DNA of 64,000 nucleotides from an uncultured Alphaproteobacteria bacterium (GCA_944393665.1 CALYAX010000006.1:11780-75779); one strand, 5' to 3'; counted from the stretch's first letter, positions 38,101 to 48,731 are shown. The notes: a model not told the origin generated them from the letters alone. Translations and numbers: made by a program.

Positions 38101-39018
38101 ATGTTGATTGGAACTGCCTTAATCTGCCTGCTGTCGGCTGGGATCACTCCTGCCGGGGCAGCGGTTTTGCCTCTGAACAGCTTACACACGCCACACATCT
38201 GCATAGAACCGGAAACGTTTTCTTCACAAGGATTCAAAACCGCGGCGGTTTGGTTCCTTCCCGACTATCAAAACCGGGGGAACAGTTATTCCGGCCGGGT
38301 GGAAGACGAACCCTATCCTTATCAGCCGTCCTGCGGAATTGAATATCAATTTACCGAAGCAAACTGCCAGCCCCCCAACTATGTCCGCGGACAACCTTGT
38401 CAGGGCCGTTATCCCGAATGTCAGCCGGATCTTCCGCGGGCCTGTTCCGGCTATGTGCAAAAATGTGCTGCCGGCTGGCAGCTTTCGTCCGGCGGACGCT
38501 GCCCTTATGATAACAGTTTCGGCACCTGCTGCAACCTTTGCCAGGGGTATGATTATGCCGAGGTTCCGGAAGGGTATACCGAGCTGGCACGCTGTGAAGG
38601 CTGTGCCGGGATAAGATATCAAATCCAAATCAATCCCTGTGAGGGGTACAGCGAATGCCAATACGGAGCGGCCGCGGGAGCCAGGGTTTGTTACAGCGGC
38701 AGTGTCGCCAAATACAACAACTGCAAGACCTGCGCCAATTCCTGCACGCTGGCAAGCTGTCCGAAAGGCAGCGACTGTACTTATGAAGCCTGTTCAGGCA
38801 AATACTGCGCCGTGGGCTGCGCGGTGAATTATCAGCCGAAAGAAAATCTGTGGTGCGACGGCTCCGTCAGCTGCTGGGTAGCTATTGACCCGGAACAAAG
38901 CTGCGTTGCGCTGCCGGATTGCGGAGATCTCGGCTATACCAAAACGCTGGAAGACTGCTGGTGCAAAACCTATTTGCGCTGCCCGTTTGACCCAGCCAGA
39001 CTTTACTGTGCCGACTAG
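38101..39018 (+). CDS. Cys-rich exported protein
   Basis: Signal peptide, AAVWFLPDY motif, dense Cys, C-terminal PDCGDLGYT module. Confidence 0.8.
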   Translation: MLIGTALICLLSAGITPAGAAVLPLNSLHTPHICIEPETFSSQGFKTAAVWFLPDYQNRGNSYSGRVEDEPYPYQPSCGIEYQFTEANCQPPNYVRGQPCQGRYPECQPDLPRACSGYVQKCAAGWQLSSGGRCPYDNSFGTCCNLCQGYDYAEVPEGYTELARCEGCAGIRYQIQINPCEGYSECQYGAAAGARVCYSGSVAKYNNCKTCANSCTLASCPKGSDCTYEACSGKYCAVGCAVNYQPKENLWCDGSVSCWVAIDPEQSCVALPDCGDLGYTKTLEDCWCKTYLRCPFDPARLYCAD

Positions 39019-39050
39019 GCGGAAAAATTATACCGATGAGGAGAAAAACA

Positions 39051-39788
39051 ATGAAACAAAATCTGAATATGGTGATGACCGGTCTTTGTTTGCTGACTGC
39101 CGGAGAAGCTCTTGCCGCCGCCTGCGCTACCCCGCCCGACTGTGCCTCCCTCGGGTATACCATGACAACAGCCGACTGCAGCGGCCTGAATACTATAAAA
39201 TGTCCCTCCGATCCCGCTAAAGTCTGGTGCGATAAACCGGCTGAAGACGGCCTGAGAATCGGTGACATTCTTTATTCCGACAAAACCACTTCTCCGGCTC
39301 TTGTTTCCGGTAAAACGCCTATCGGTATCGTTATTGATGCTATTGGCCGTATTGCTGTTTCTTTGGAAGAAAAAACTTTAGAATGGGCGAAAGCAAAAAG
39401 CAGTTGTATAAGAGCCGCAATTTCCTCCGGGGAAGGAAGCTGGAATCGGACTAAAATTATTTATGATGTTTGTTCTTCTAACGCACCTGCCGCTGAGTTT
39501 TGCTATACTCACAAAACTGAAGGAACACAAGAAGGGGATTGGGCAATTCCTGCCATGAACGATTTCAGCAAAATAATGGGAAATTGCAAAGAGGCTAAGT
39601 GGAAGGATTGTTTATCCGTTATCAATCAAAACCTGAATAAAATAAATAAACCTAAATTAGAAGGTTTTTGGACTTCTACACCAGTAACTGAATACAGTTC
39701 TAATATTTATTATTATGAAAAAGATTTCGCCAGGCTTTACCAAGAATATGACACTTTCTATCCCGTCCGTTGTATCACCCACTTTTAA
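39051..39788 (+). CDS. Exported protein with PDCASLGYT module and DUF1566/C-type-lectin-like C-terminus
   Basis: GAGGAG RBS; IGDILYSD..PIGIV..W.IP...FWTST...VRC. Confidence 0.65.
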   Translation: MKQNLNMVMTGLCLLTAGEALAAACATPPDCASLGYTMTTADCSGLNTIKCPSDPAKVWCDKPAEDGLRIGDILYSDKTTSPALVSGKTPIGIVIDAIGRIAVSLEEKTLEWAKAKSSCIRAAISSGEGSWNRTKIIYDVCSSNAPAAEFCYTHKTEGTQEGDWAIPAMNDFSKIMGNCKEAKWKDCLSVINQNLNKINKPKLEGFWTSTPVTEYSSNIYYYEKDFARLYQEYDTFYPVRCITHF

Positions 39789-39822
39789 CATCTTTAGAAA
39801 TGTAAAAAACAGGCGTCTTATT

Positions 39823-40773
39823 TTATTTCCCGGTCAGACTATCGGAAGCGAACGGATGGCCGCCAATGGTTTTGGGACGGACAAAGCTCGGCATGATATT
39901 ATCATCACGTACGGTGGCCAGTTTGGCCGGGCTGCGCTCCAGCGGTTTGGGCTCGGTTTTTGTCATTGTTTTCCGGCTATAGGCGCAATTGTAGCCGGGA
40001 AGCTTGTCATAGAACTGTTCAACCGGCCCAATATGCTCATTTTTGCCCAAATACAGGATTCCGCCCTCGGTCTGGGCCGCGCTTAATCTGGCAAGGATTT
40101 TTTCCTGATATTCCGGCGTGAAAAAGCGCAGGACGTTCCGGCAGAAAATAATTTCAAACTTATCGGTAAACGTGAAATCATCCAACAGGTTATACCGTCT
40201 GAATTCTACCATCTGGCGGAGATCGTCATTGACCTGCCACTGGTCGCCGTCCAAATGGAAAAACTCCAATATAGAACGGGCATTGAGCCCCATTTGGACT
40301 TCAAAATTATTATATACGCCGCGCTGTGCCTTAGAAATGGCAACACCGGAAATATCTGTCCCGATAATATCAATATCCCATTCCCCGAGCCCCAGAAACT
40401 TATGACGGATTCCCATGGCAATTGAATAAGTTTCCTGCCCGGTTGAACAGCCGACGCTCCAAATACGCAGTTTTTTCGATGAGCGGTTGGTTTCTTTAAA
40501 AGCCGGCAGAATAGTATTTTCAAACCGTGAAAAGACATCATAATCCCGGTAAAAAGAAGTGTCCGACAGAGCCAGGCTTTCCACCACCTGAGATATCAGG
40601 GGACGGGATCCGAGTTTGAGTTCGGCAACCAAATCCTCAACACTGGCATAACCTTTTTCTCGGATGAAATTGGAAATTTTTTTATCGACCACGAAATACT
40701 GTTCTTCATCAAAATTCCAGCCGGCATAATTGCGGAGCAAGGTAATCAGAAATTCAAAATCGTTTCTGCGCAT
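39823..40773 (-). CDS. cheR: Chemotaxis methyltransferase CheR
   Basis: TSFYRD, RIWSVGCSTGQETYS, TDIS, IIFCRNVL. Confidence 0.92.
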   Translation of the reverse strand: MRRNDFEFLITLLRNYAGWNFDEEQYFVVDKKISNFIREKGYASVEDLVAELKLGSRPLISQVVESLALSDTSFYRDYDVFSRFENTILPAFKETNRSSKKLRIWSVGCSTGQETYSIAMGIRHKFLGLGEWDIDIIGTDISGVAISKAQRGVYNNFEVQMGLNARSILEFFHLDGDQWQVNDDLRQMVEFRRYNLLDDFTFTDKFEIIFCRNVLRFFTPEYQEKILARLSAAQTEGGILYLGKNEHIGPVEQFYDKLPGYNCAYSRKTMTKTEPKPLERSPAKLATVRDDNIMPSFVRPKTIGGHPFASDSLTGK

Positions 40774-40784
40774 GGCGGTTTCCT

Positions 40785-41150
40785 TTACAACAAACCTAAA
40801 ATAGCCAGCTTGCTGGCGATGATATCTTCATCAAACGGCCGCATGACAAAATCATCGGCGCCGCCGTCCAGCGCCTGCTGCATTTTGGAAGTATCGGTAA
40901 CAAGGGAACAAAACATAAATTTGGGCTGGGTAATTTTTTTATCGCTGCGGAGTTTGTAGAGCACGTCAATCCCGTCCATGACCGGCAGGCTCCAATCGCA
41001 GATAACAAGTTCGGGCTCCTGAGCCAAAACCAGTTCCAGAACCTCTTCCCCGTCTTCGGCCTCATGCACTTCAAAACCGAAATTTTCCATAATTTTGACA
41101 AGCAGCATGCGGATAATTTTAGAATCGTCAGCGATGATACATTTGGTCAT
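40785..41150 (-). CDS. cheY: CheY-like single-domain response regulator
   Basis: IIADDS, DWSLPVMDG, GADDFVMRPFD. Confidence 0.8.
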   Translation of the reverse strand: MTKCIIADDSKIIRMLLVKIMENFGFEVHEAEDGEEVLELVLAQEPELVICDWSLPVMDGIDVLYKLRSDKKITQPKFMFCSLVTDTSKMQQALDGGADDFVMRPFDEDIIASKLAILGLL

Positions 41151-41785
41151 TAATTATTGTCCTTTGTTGAGGCCATAATAAAGCCAAGCTGGCCGTTGCC
41201 TTGTAAATAGAGGTTTATTTTAGCCTTTTTCAGCCAGGATAGCAAATAAAAAACCGGGGCAAACTGAGCATTAAGCTCCGTATTTTCTCCGGTGAGGACA
41301 GCGCGGATCTGCGCCAATTTTTCAGCCGAAGGGGGAACAGAACACTCGGCCGAAACGACAACACGGCCGGAAGCATCCATTCCGATACGCAGGCTGCCGC
41401 CGCGAATCAGACAGTCAGCGATAATCATCACCGCGAGCAGAACGCCCTTGCTGTACTGCGAATCGCGGAGATTAAAGTCCAGTTCGACCGGAAAATTCTG
41501 GTTGCCGATGGTTTTGAGATAACCGCGAATGGTTTCTTCCACCAGATCAAGCTTATCCAGATTGGCATTATCGAGCCCGAAAGCCAGGCGGAAAAACTTG
41601 AGCCGTGCCGAAAGCACTGCCGAGCTGGTTTTGAGAATCGACTTAATATCGTCCAGAAAATCCATGTCGCCTTCTTCCAAAAGCTCCACCGCATTGGCAA
41701 CGGCTCCGATATTGCCGATGACATCATGGCTTAAACGGGTGCAGACAAGTTCGGCGATTTCAGCGTCAGAAGGTTGGTTGCTCAT
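41150..41785 (-). CDS. chpT: Histidine phosphotransferase ChpT
   Basis: AELVCTRLSHD..G.IGAVANAVELL; ARLKFFRLAFG. Confidence 0.88.
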   Translation of the reverse strand: MSNQPSDAEIAELVCTRLSHDVIGNIGAVANAVELLEEGDMDFLDDIKSILKTSSAVLSARLKFFRLAFGLDNANLDKLDLVEETIRGYLKTIGNQNFPVELDFNLRDSQYSKGVLLAVMIIADCLIRGGSLRIGMDASGRVVVSAECSVPPSAEKLAQIRAVLTGENTELNAQFAPVFYLLSWLKKAKINLYLQGNGQLGFIMASTKDNN

Positions 41786-41799
41786 GGTTATCCTTAAAA

Positions 41800-42939
41800 C
41801 TAAAAACTATACAGATCGGTGTTCATATAACGCTGGTCTTCCCGCGACATACGGGTATAGTCCAGCTCGCGGAACATGGGGTCTTCAAGCAGCAGCCAGC
41901 CGGTTTTGGCTTTCAGGTACGGTTTGTTGCCGCCCATGCCCCAGGTTACATCGTTCTTGTTATCGGGCTTACCATACTTTTGGTTAATTTTTTTCCAAAA
42001 GTCGTAAATTTTTATATTGCGCAAATAAACGGCCTTGGGCGAATTGCCGGTAATATTGGCGGCCATGCTTTTATACTGGATTTTATAAACCCGGTTATCG
42101 GTAAAATTACTGGTGAAAGTAACCTCAATTTCTTCTTTGGTATCAAATTTCTGATATTTGGTAACCTGGATAAACTGCTGTTTTTCTTTTTTGGCCTGTT
42201 CATTGACGCAGGCCTCAATTCTTTCATAACCAACAACACCGGAATTGCGGCATTTTTCTTCATTGCGCCATTTAATAAAATTGGGCACGGAATACTTTTC
42301 CAGCAGTTTGCGGAAACCGCGGTTCTGCATCGTTTCATCAACCTGCCTGACGCTCATGCGGAGCATAATGCCCGAGATATCAAAAACCGACGCGTTGGAA
42401 CGGCCGCTGCGGCCGGAAGGTTTGCGCGCCTGCTCGACCAGGCTTTCCAAAGTGGCCTCTCCGTCCAAATCCGGCGTTTCTTCCGCCGGCTTGTTTTTAT
42501 CCGACAACAAAGACAGAGGGTTGGTCGTGGCCAGTTTTTCGACCCAGGTTCCCTCCACCTTCGGCAACGGCAGGCGCGAGGTTCCGCCTGACTCGTTTGC
42601 CGCCTCCTGCTTGAGATTATCGGTCAGAGGCTTGGTTTTATCAACCTTGACGGTTTCAGGCTCAGGTTCGGGTGCGGCTTCTTCTTCAGAGGGGCCGGCG
42701 GGGCGCTGCAGCATCGGCACCGGGTTTGAAAGCTTTGCGGCGGCATCGGACGGCGGCGGGGCAAAGTCTTTTACCGGCATCACCGGAGCAGCCTGAGCCG
42801 AATCGTCATTGGAAAATCCGCCGAATTCTTCATAGTTGACATCACCGCCAAACAAAAACGGATCGGCGTCTTCGCTGGCGAAAACAGCCGGGGCAAACAG
42901 AATTGCGGCAACAGCCGCTATGATAAATTTTTGGACCAT
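41800..42939 (-). CDS. Secreted hypothetical protein
   Basis: Signal peptide, Pro/Glu-rich linker, basic C-terminal domain. Confidence 0.7.
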   Translation of the reverse strand: MVQKFIIAAVAAILFAPAVFASEDADPFLFGGDVNYEEFGGFSNDDSAQAAPVMPVKDFAPPPSDAAAKLSNPVPMLQRPAGPSEEEAAPEPEPETVKVDKTKPLTDNLKQEAANESGGTSRLPLPKVEGTWVEKLATTNPLSLLSDKNKPAEETPDLDGEATLESLVEQARKPSGRSGRSNASVFDISGIMLRMSVRQVDETMQNRGFRKLLEKYSVPNFIKWRNEEKCRNSGVVGYERIEACVNEQAKKEKQQFIQVTKYQKFDTKEEIEVTFTSNFTDNRVYKIQYKSMAANITGNSPKAVYLRNIKIYDFWKKINQKYGKPDNKNDVTWGMGGNKPYLKAKTGWLLLEDPMFRELDYTRMSREDQRYMNTDLYSF

Positions 42940-43086
42940 TCTCTGAATATACTTGGTTAACCTGTGTTTATAATATCATTTTTGCGGCAGATAGCAAATA
43001 TAATGCTTTAGTTATCATAAGAAGTTTTTTGTTGGCATAACGGCAAGAAGAGGCTATAAAGAGAGGAAATATTGAGGAGAAATGTC

Positions 43087-44442
43087 TTGACCCAACCTAT
43101 TGTCCATATTGTCGGCGCCGGGCTGGCAGGCTCTGAAGCCGCCTGGCAGCTGGCCGAGCGGGGAATTAAAGCGGTTATTCATGAAATGCGCCCCGCCAAA
43201 AGCTCTCCGGCGCATAAAACCGCCTGGTGCGCCGAACTGGTTTGCTCCAACTCGCTGCGTTCTGACGATTTTGAGCATAATGCGGTGGGGCTGCTGCACG
43301 AAGAAATGCGGCGGCTGGGCTCGCTGATTATGGCCTGCGCCGACGCGACCAAAGTTCCGGCCGGGGGCGCCCTGGCGGTTGACCGCGACGGGTTTGCGGC
43401 ACTGGTAACCGATAAACTGGCGCACCATCCCAACATCAGCCTTGTTGAGGAGGAAATCACCGCCCTGCCCGGCGCAGACGACGGGTTGTGGATTATTGCC
43501 AGCGGGCCGCTGTCGTCTCCGGCGCTGATTGAGGCGGTTTTAACGGAAGTCAACGGCCAGTCGCTTAATTTTTATGACGCCATCGCCCCGGTGATTTTCA
43601 AAGAAAGCATTGATTTTGACAAAGCCTGGTACCAGTCGCGCTATGACAAGGGCGACAAGTTTGACTATATCAACTGCCCGCTGACCCGTGAACAGTACAA
43701 TGCCTTTATTGACGCGCTGCTGGCGGCGGAAAAAGTCACTTTTCACGAGTTTGAAAAAGAGGCGGCTTATTTTGACGGCTGCCTGCCGATTGAGGTGATG
43801 GCCGAACGCGGGCGCGACACGCTGCAATGGGGACCGATGAAACCGGTGGGGCTGACCAACCCGCACCAGCCGGAAGTCAAGCCTTATGCCGTGGTTCAGC
43901 TGCGGCAGGACAACAAAGAAGACACGCTGCGCAACATGGTCGGCTTTCAGACCAAACTCAAATACGGCGAACAGCAGCGGATTTTCCGCATGATTCCGGG
44001 ATTGGAACAGGCTGAGTTTGCACGGCTGGGCGGCATTCACCGCAATACTTTTATCAAAAGCCCGGTGCTGCTGGATAATTTTCTGCGCCTGAAAAGCCGT
44101 CCGAATCTCCGGTTTGCAGGGCAAATCACCGGCTGCGAAGGTTATATCGAAAGTGCCTCGACCGGCTGGCTGGCAGGTTATTTTGCCGCCACCGAAGCGC
44201 TCGGAAAACCCGCCGTCCTGCCGCCGCCGGAAACCGCCATGGGCGCCATGCTGGGACATTTGCAGGACACAACCAACCCGGACGACTATCAGCCGATGAA
44301 CATCAATTTTGGAATATTCCCGACCATCAGCGGCGAAACGACCGTCAACGGCAAATTCCGCAAAATTAAAGGCATGGAGCGCAAGGAGGCCTATTGCCGC
44401 CGGGCGCTTGAGGCCTTGCGGAACTGGAAGGAGCAGTTATGA
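43087..44442 (+). CDS. trmFO: tRNA (uracil-5-)-methyltransferase TrmFO
   Basis: [46 protein letters not shown]; TTG start after GAGGAG. Confidence 0.95.
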   Translation: MTQPIVHIVGAGLAGSEAAWQLAERGIKAVIHEMRPAKSSPAHKTAWCAELVCSNSLRSDDFEHNAVGLLHEEMRRLGSLIMACADATKVPAGGALAVDRDGFAALVTDKLAHHPNISLVEEEITALPGADDGLWIIASGPLSSPALIEAVLTEVNGQSLNFYDAIAPVIFKESIDFDKAWYQSRYDKGDKFDYINCPLTREQYNAFIDALLAAEKVTFHEFEKEAAYFDGCLPIEVMAERGRDTLQWGPMKPVGLTNPHQPEVKPYAVVQLRQDNKEDTLRNMVGFQTKLKYGEQQRIFRMIPGLEQAEFARLGGIHRNTFIKSPVLLDNFLRLKSRPNLRFAGQITGCEGYIESASTGWLAGYFAATEALGKPAVLPPPETAMGAMLGHLQDTTNPDDYQPMNINFGIFPTISGETTVNGKFRKIKGMERKEAYCRRALEALRNWKEQL

Positions 44443-45299
44443 CAAAGACGCCGCAGGGGGCAATGCGCCATAAAACCGGCCGCGATGAAAACTTTTCCGT
44501 CGGGCTGCTGGTCAGCAAAAAGCTGAAACCGCTGGTGGCGGCCTATTACCGCGCGGCGCGGGCGGCAGATGATATTGCCGACAACCCGGCGCTGACGGTT
44601 GAGCAGAAACTGGCAGCCTTAGACGGGGCGGAGGCGGCTTTTTACGGCCGGGATGAAACGACTGACCGGGGAGAAACCCCGGACTTTCCCGAAGCACGGG
44701 ATTTGGGCCGCCTGTTCCGGGCAGAAAATCTGGACAGCCGCCTGTATACCGACCTGCTGACGGCATTCCGGCGCGATGCGCTCAACCAGCCGCCGGAAAT
44801 CTGGGAACAGCTGACCGATTACTGCAATTATTCCGCCGTTCCGGTGGGGCGATTTATGCTGGCCATTCATGACGAAAACCCCTCGACTTATCTTCCGGCG
44901 GCGTCTTTATGCACGGCTTTGCAGCTGGTGAACCATCTGCAGGACCTTAAATATGACGCAATGACGCTGCGGCGGTTTTATCTGCCCAAAGAGATGATGG
45001 CGCGGCATGACGTGGTTCCCGGAGATGTGTATCTTAACGCCGCCACCCCGGGGTTAAAAGCGCTGATTCTGGAAATCTGCGGGCGGATCCGCGGACAGAT
45101 GAAAGACGCCGCCGCCCTGCCCCGGCTGGTTAAAAGTTTCCGGCTGCGGTGGGAGATCGGCGTTATCGTTTCCTTAACCAATTCCATGTTAAAAAAGATA
45201 GAAAAGCATGATGTCATCAGCCAGCGGATTGAGCTGTCGCGGGCGGACTGGCTGAAAGCCCTGGGCGCAGGATTAATAACGGCGCTGATTAAGAGATAG
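44439..45299 (+). CDS. hpnC: Squalene synthase HpnC
   Basis: ENFSVG, AR.ADDIAD, YC.YSA.PVGRF, LQL.NHLQD. Confidence 0.88.
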   Translation: MTKTPQGAMRHKTGRDENFSVGLLVSKKLKPLVAAYYRAARAADDIADNPALTVEQKLAALDGAEAAFYGRDETTDRGETPDFPEARDLGRLFRAENLDSRLYTDLLTAFRRDALNQPPEIWEQLTDYCNYSAVPVGRFMLAIHDENPSTYLPAASLCTALQLVNHLQDLKYDAMTLRRFYLPKEMMARHDVVPGDVYLNAATPGLKALILEICGRIRGQMKDAAALPRLVKSFRLRWEIGVIVSLTNSMLKKIEKHDVISQRIELSRADWLKALGAGLITALIKR

Positions 45300-45308
45300 G
45301 ACGGTGTA

Positions 45309-46142
45309 ATGAACAATATAAAAAACATGGTGAAAAAATCCGGCACTTCGTTCTTCTGGAGCATGCGTTTACTGCCAAACGCCAAGCGCAATGCGATGTA
45401 TACGATTTATGCCTTTTTCCGTCATATTGACGATATTGTTGACGGCAACGCGCCGCTGGAAGAAAAGCAGGAACTGCTTTCGGCCTGGCGCGAGGAACTT
45501 GATAATATTTATGACAAGAAGCTGCCCACCACCGACATCGGGCGGCGGATTTATAAAAACTGCATGCGGTTCAAACTGCCCAAAGAAGAGTTTATCGAGC
45601 TGCTGGACTGCATTTCCATGGATATTCCCAAGCCGGTGCAGGCCCCGACAATGCAGGAGTTTGAACGCTATTGCAGCGGCGTGGCGGGCGTGCCGGGCAA
45701 CCTGACCCTGCGGGTGCTGGGCGTGAAAGACCAGGAGCTGATTAAGGAACTGTCCAAAACACTGGGAACCGCTCTGCAGATTACCAATATCCTGCGCGAC
45801 GTGAAAGAAGACGCTTATGCCCAGCGGCTGTATATTCCCGAGGAATGCCTGCAAAAGGCGGGGATTTCTTCCCGCGACCCGATGACGGTGCTGGTGGATA
45901 AAAACCTGGCAATCGCGCGGGAGGATCTGGCGCGGCAGGCCGCAGCCTATTATGACCGGGCTTTTGAACTGCTGAAAAAAATTGACAAGAAAAACGCCAG
46001 GCCGGTCAAGGCCATTGCTTATATTTACAAACGCTATTTTGACATTATGTCAAACCGCGGCTGGGAAATCGTCTCCCCGAAACCGCATATCGGCAAAATG
46101 AGCAAACTGTGCCTGGCCCTGAAAGCTTTTATGGGCAAATAA
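45309..46142 (+). CDS. hpnD: Presqualene diphosphate synthase HpnD
   Basis: SGTSFFWSMR.LP, YAF.R.IDDIVD, LQITNILRDVKED. Confidence 0.88.
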   Translation: MNNIKNMVKKSGTSFFWSMRLLPNAKRNAMYTIYAFFRHIDDIVDGNAPLEEKQELLSAWREELDNIYDKKLPTTDIGRRIYKNCMRFKLPKEEFIELLDCISMDIPKPVQAPTMQEFERYCSGVAGVPGNLTLRVLGVKDQELIKELSKTLGTALQITNILRDVKEDAYAQRLYIPEECLQKAGISSRDPMTVLVDKNLAIAREDLARQAAAYYDRAFELLKKIDKKNARPVKAIAYIYKRYFDIMSNRGWEIVSPKPHIGKMSKLCLALKAFMGK

Positions 46143-47221
46143 TGAGCGAAACCCGGCAGACATATCACATTATCGGCGGCGGAATTGCCGGGTTGTGCTG
46201 TGCCAAATTTATCAAACAAAAGAATCCTGAAATCCGCACCGTGGTTTATGAGGCCGGAGAAAAAATCGGCGGGCGCTGCTATTCTTATGACGACAAAGAC
46301 CTGGGCTGCCGCCTGGACAATGCCACCCACGTGATTATCGGCGCCAATAAAAACGCCGCCGGGCTGCTGGGCAAACCGGACTGGCAGAAACAATGCTGGT
46401 TTTGGGACGCGGCGGCCAACACCCTCAGCCGCGACCTGCGCCGCCACAGCGGCCATATCCTGAAATCGATGTGCAACACCCCGGCGGAACAGGTGCCGCA
46501 GAGCATGGTTAAAAAAATTCTCTGGAAACTGTTTCCCTGGACACCGGGACAGCGAAAAGTTTATTTCTCCAAACAGGATTTGAGCCAGTATCTGATTAAC
46601 CCGCTGCTGGCGCAGGTGGACGAGCTTTATCTCAACAAAAAACTGGTTAAAATCGACAGCCAGTTCGGTCGCGCCGTCCAGCTGACTTTTGGCGACGGCA
46701 TGGTTGACATCGGCGCGGACGACAAAGTTATCCTGGCGCTGGACTCCCGCGGCTACCACGCGCTGCTGGGCGGAGAAAGCTTTGAGTACAACAGCATTAT
46801 CAATATTGTTTACAAAACCTCGCAAACCATCACCCTGCCCCGCGGTGCCCGCTATGTGGCGGTGGTTAACGGTCTGGCGGACTGGATTTTTGTGAGCGAA
46901 AATCTGGTGGGGGCGACTATTTCCGCGGTGCCGCCGGAAACGGCCAGACTTGACGAGCTGGCGCGGCAAATCTGGCGGGAGCTGGACGGCCTGCGCGGCG
47001 TCAACTCGGCTTTTGTGCCCTCGTTTAAGGTTTTTAACCACAAGATTGCCACCATCCGGCAGGACGCGGCCAACAACGCCAAACGGCCGGACAGCGCCGA
47101 GAGCATTTATCCGAATGTTTTTCTGGCCGGCGACTGGACGATGAAAGACCTGCCCTGCTCGATTGAAACGGCGATTTTATCAGCCAAGCGGGCGGTGAAA
47201 ACGGCCGCCAAATCCCAGTAA
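46142..47221 (+). CDS. hpnE: Hydroxysqualene dehydroxylase HpnE-like FAD oxidoreductase
   Basis: IIGGGIAGL, GGRCYS, DNATH, LAGDWT..LP.SIE.AI.S; follows hpnCD. Confidence 0.82.
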   Translation: MSETRQTYHIIGGGIAGLCCAKFIKQKNPEIRTVVYEAGEKIGGRCYSYDDKDLGCRLDNATHVIIGANKNAAGLLGKPDWQKQCWFWDAAANTLSRDLRRHSGHILKSMCNTPAEQVPQSMVKKILWKLFPWTPGQRKVYFSKQDLSQYLINPLLAQVDELYLNKKLVKIDSQFGRAVQLTFGDGMVDIGADDKVILALDSRGYHALLGGESFEYNSIINIVYKTSQTITLPRGARYVAVVNGLADWIFVSENLVGATISAVPPETARLDELARQIWRELDGLRGVNSAFVPSFKVFNHKIATIRQDAANNAKRPDSAESIYPNVFLAGDWTMKDLPCSIETAILSAKRAVKTAAKSQ

Positions 47222-47227
47222 GGTGCG

Positions 47228-48430
47228 CTAGCCCATCTCCGGGCTGAAAATACTTATCATAAAGGTGATAAAGATAAACAGCATTAAGGCAATTCCGGCG
47301 GCGATAATAAAACCGGAAGCGCCGGTTTCTTTGCGCAAAATCCAGCTGGCGGCAAACACGCCCAGATAACTGACCAGATAAGCGCCGCTGGAAAAGTTGA
47401 CAATCGAGCTGAAATCAAAATAAACCGTGGCGACGGCGAGCAAAAAAGTGGAAAGCACGTTTCCCTTGGTGCCGTGCTGCCAGAATTTTTCATGATAAAA
47501 TCTGGGAAGGATTTTGAAATCGCTCAAAGAGCGCGAAATGCGGAAAATGCTGAAATAGGTGGCGCTGATTCCGGACACAAAAGCCAGCAAAGCGGCAAAA
47601 TACATAATTGCAAAGCCGTATTTGCCCAACAGGCGGTCGGCGGCAATGGCCACCGCGGTGTCGGCGTTTTGGCGGAGGTCGTGGGCGGGAATAAAGTTGA
47701 GCACCACATAGGCCAGGCCGATGTACATCAACATCACAAACCCCAGAGTGAGAAAGATGGCCCAGCCGACGGTGCGTTTGGGGTTTTTGACCTCGGCGGC
47801 GGCGTTGGTGACAATCCCATAGCCGGCATAAGCAAAAAAGGTGATACCGACGGAGCCCAGAAACTTCATCGGGGTGGTTTGAATCAGCTCCTGTTCAACC
47901 GCCAGTTCCAGGTGCCAGAGGGCGGCGAAAATCAGGCTGAGCAAAATGCCCATTTTGATGGCGACCATCAGGATCTCACTGTTGCCGACATCGGAGGCGC
48001 GCATCATGTTCAGCACCGCCAGGCTGACGACCAGCGCGCCGGCGACGGTGTTCATAAGCAGGTCATGGTCGGGAAAATGCGGAAACAGCGAGGCGACGTA
48101 TATGCCGAACGATTTGGCCATCATGGCGATGGAAACCAGTGAGGCGAGCATATAGATGATGGAAAGGGTTCCGGTGATGGTTTTGTTTTTGAACGCAAAA
48201 TGGAAATAGTCGGTCATGCCGCCGGACTCGGGATATTTTCCGGCGAGCTTGGCGTAGGTGTAACCGGAGAGCATGGCGGCGGTTCCGGCGAGAATAAAAG
48301 CGGCATAGGTCCAGTTTCCGGCCAGCAGGATAACCTGTCCGAGCAGCGCAAAAATTCCCGCGCCGACGACCGAGCCAATTCCCATCGCCGTCAGGCTGAC
48401 GATGTTCATATCATATTTTTTTGACAACAT
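47228..48430 (-). CDS. APC-family amino acid permease
   Basis: GIGSVVGAGIF, P.SGG, FFAYAGY, EVKNPKRT; many TM segments. Confidence 0.9.
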   Translation of the reverse strand: MLSKKYDMNIVSLTAMGIGSVVGAGIFALLGQVILLAGNWTYAAFILAGTAAMLSGYTYAKLAGKYPESGGMTDYFHFAFKNKTITGTLSIIYMLASLVSIAMMAKSFGIYVASLFPHFPDHDLLMNTVAGALVVSLAVLNMMRASDVGNSEILMVAIKMGILLSLIFAALWHLELAVEQELIQTTPMKFLGSVGITFFAYAGYGIVTNAAAEVKNPKRTVGWAIFLTLGFVMLMYIGLAYVVLNFIPAHDLRQNADTAVAIAADRLLGKYGFAIMYFAALLAFVSGISATYFSIFRISRSLSDFKILPRFYHEKFWQHGTKGNVLSTFLLAVATVYFDFSSIVNFSSGAYLVSYLGVFAASWILRKETGASGFIIAAGIALMLFIFITFMISIFSPEMG

Positions 48431-48555
48431 TGCCGTATCTCCCCTTAAACTGCAGAGGATATAATTCTTGCCGGCGAAAATTCAAACCTGCGGCGCGATT
48501 TTTCCGAAAAACACAAGGAGAAGTTTGGGGGGCTCGGAGGGGTGGGCGGGTTTCC

Positions 48556-48731
48556 GTCATGCCTCGAATTGCGACAGCAATTCGTCAGGGCATCTTATAA
48601 CAGACCCCTTGACGCGGTGTTCCACCGCGAGGGGTGACAGGTTCCGGTCATGCCTCGAATTGCGACAGCAATGCGTCAAGGCATCTTATAATAGACCCCT
48701 TGACGCGGTGATCCACCGCGAGGGGTGACAG
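48556..48731 (+). repeat. Two tandem ~85-bp REP-like double-hairpin elements
   Basis: GTCATGCCTCGAATTGCGACAGCAAT..GGCATCTTATAA.AGACCCCTTGACGCGGTG.TCCACCGCGAGGGGTGACAG at 48556 and 48647. Confidence 0.85.

Noticed and set aside
39600-39788. Diversity-generating retroelement
   Set aside because: No reverse transcriptase or template/variable repeat pair is visible in the window.
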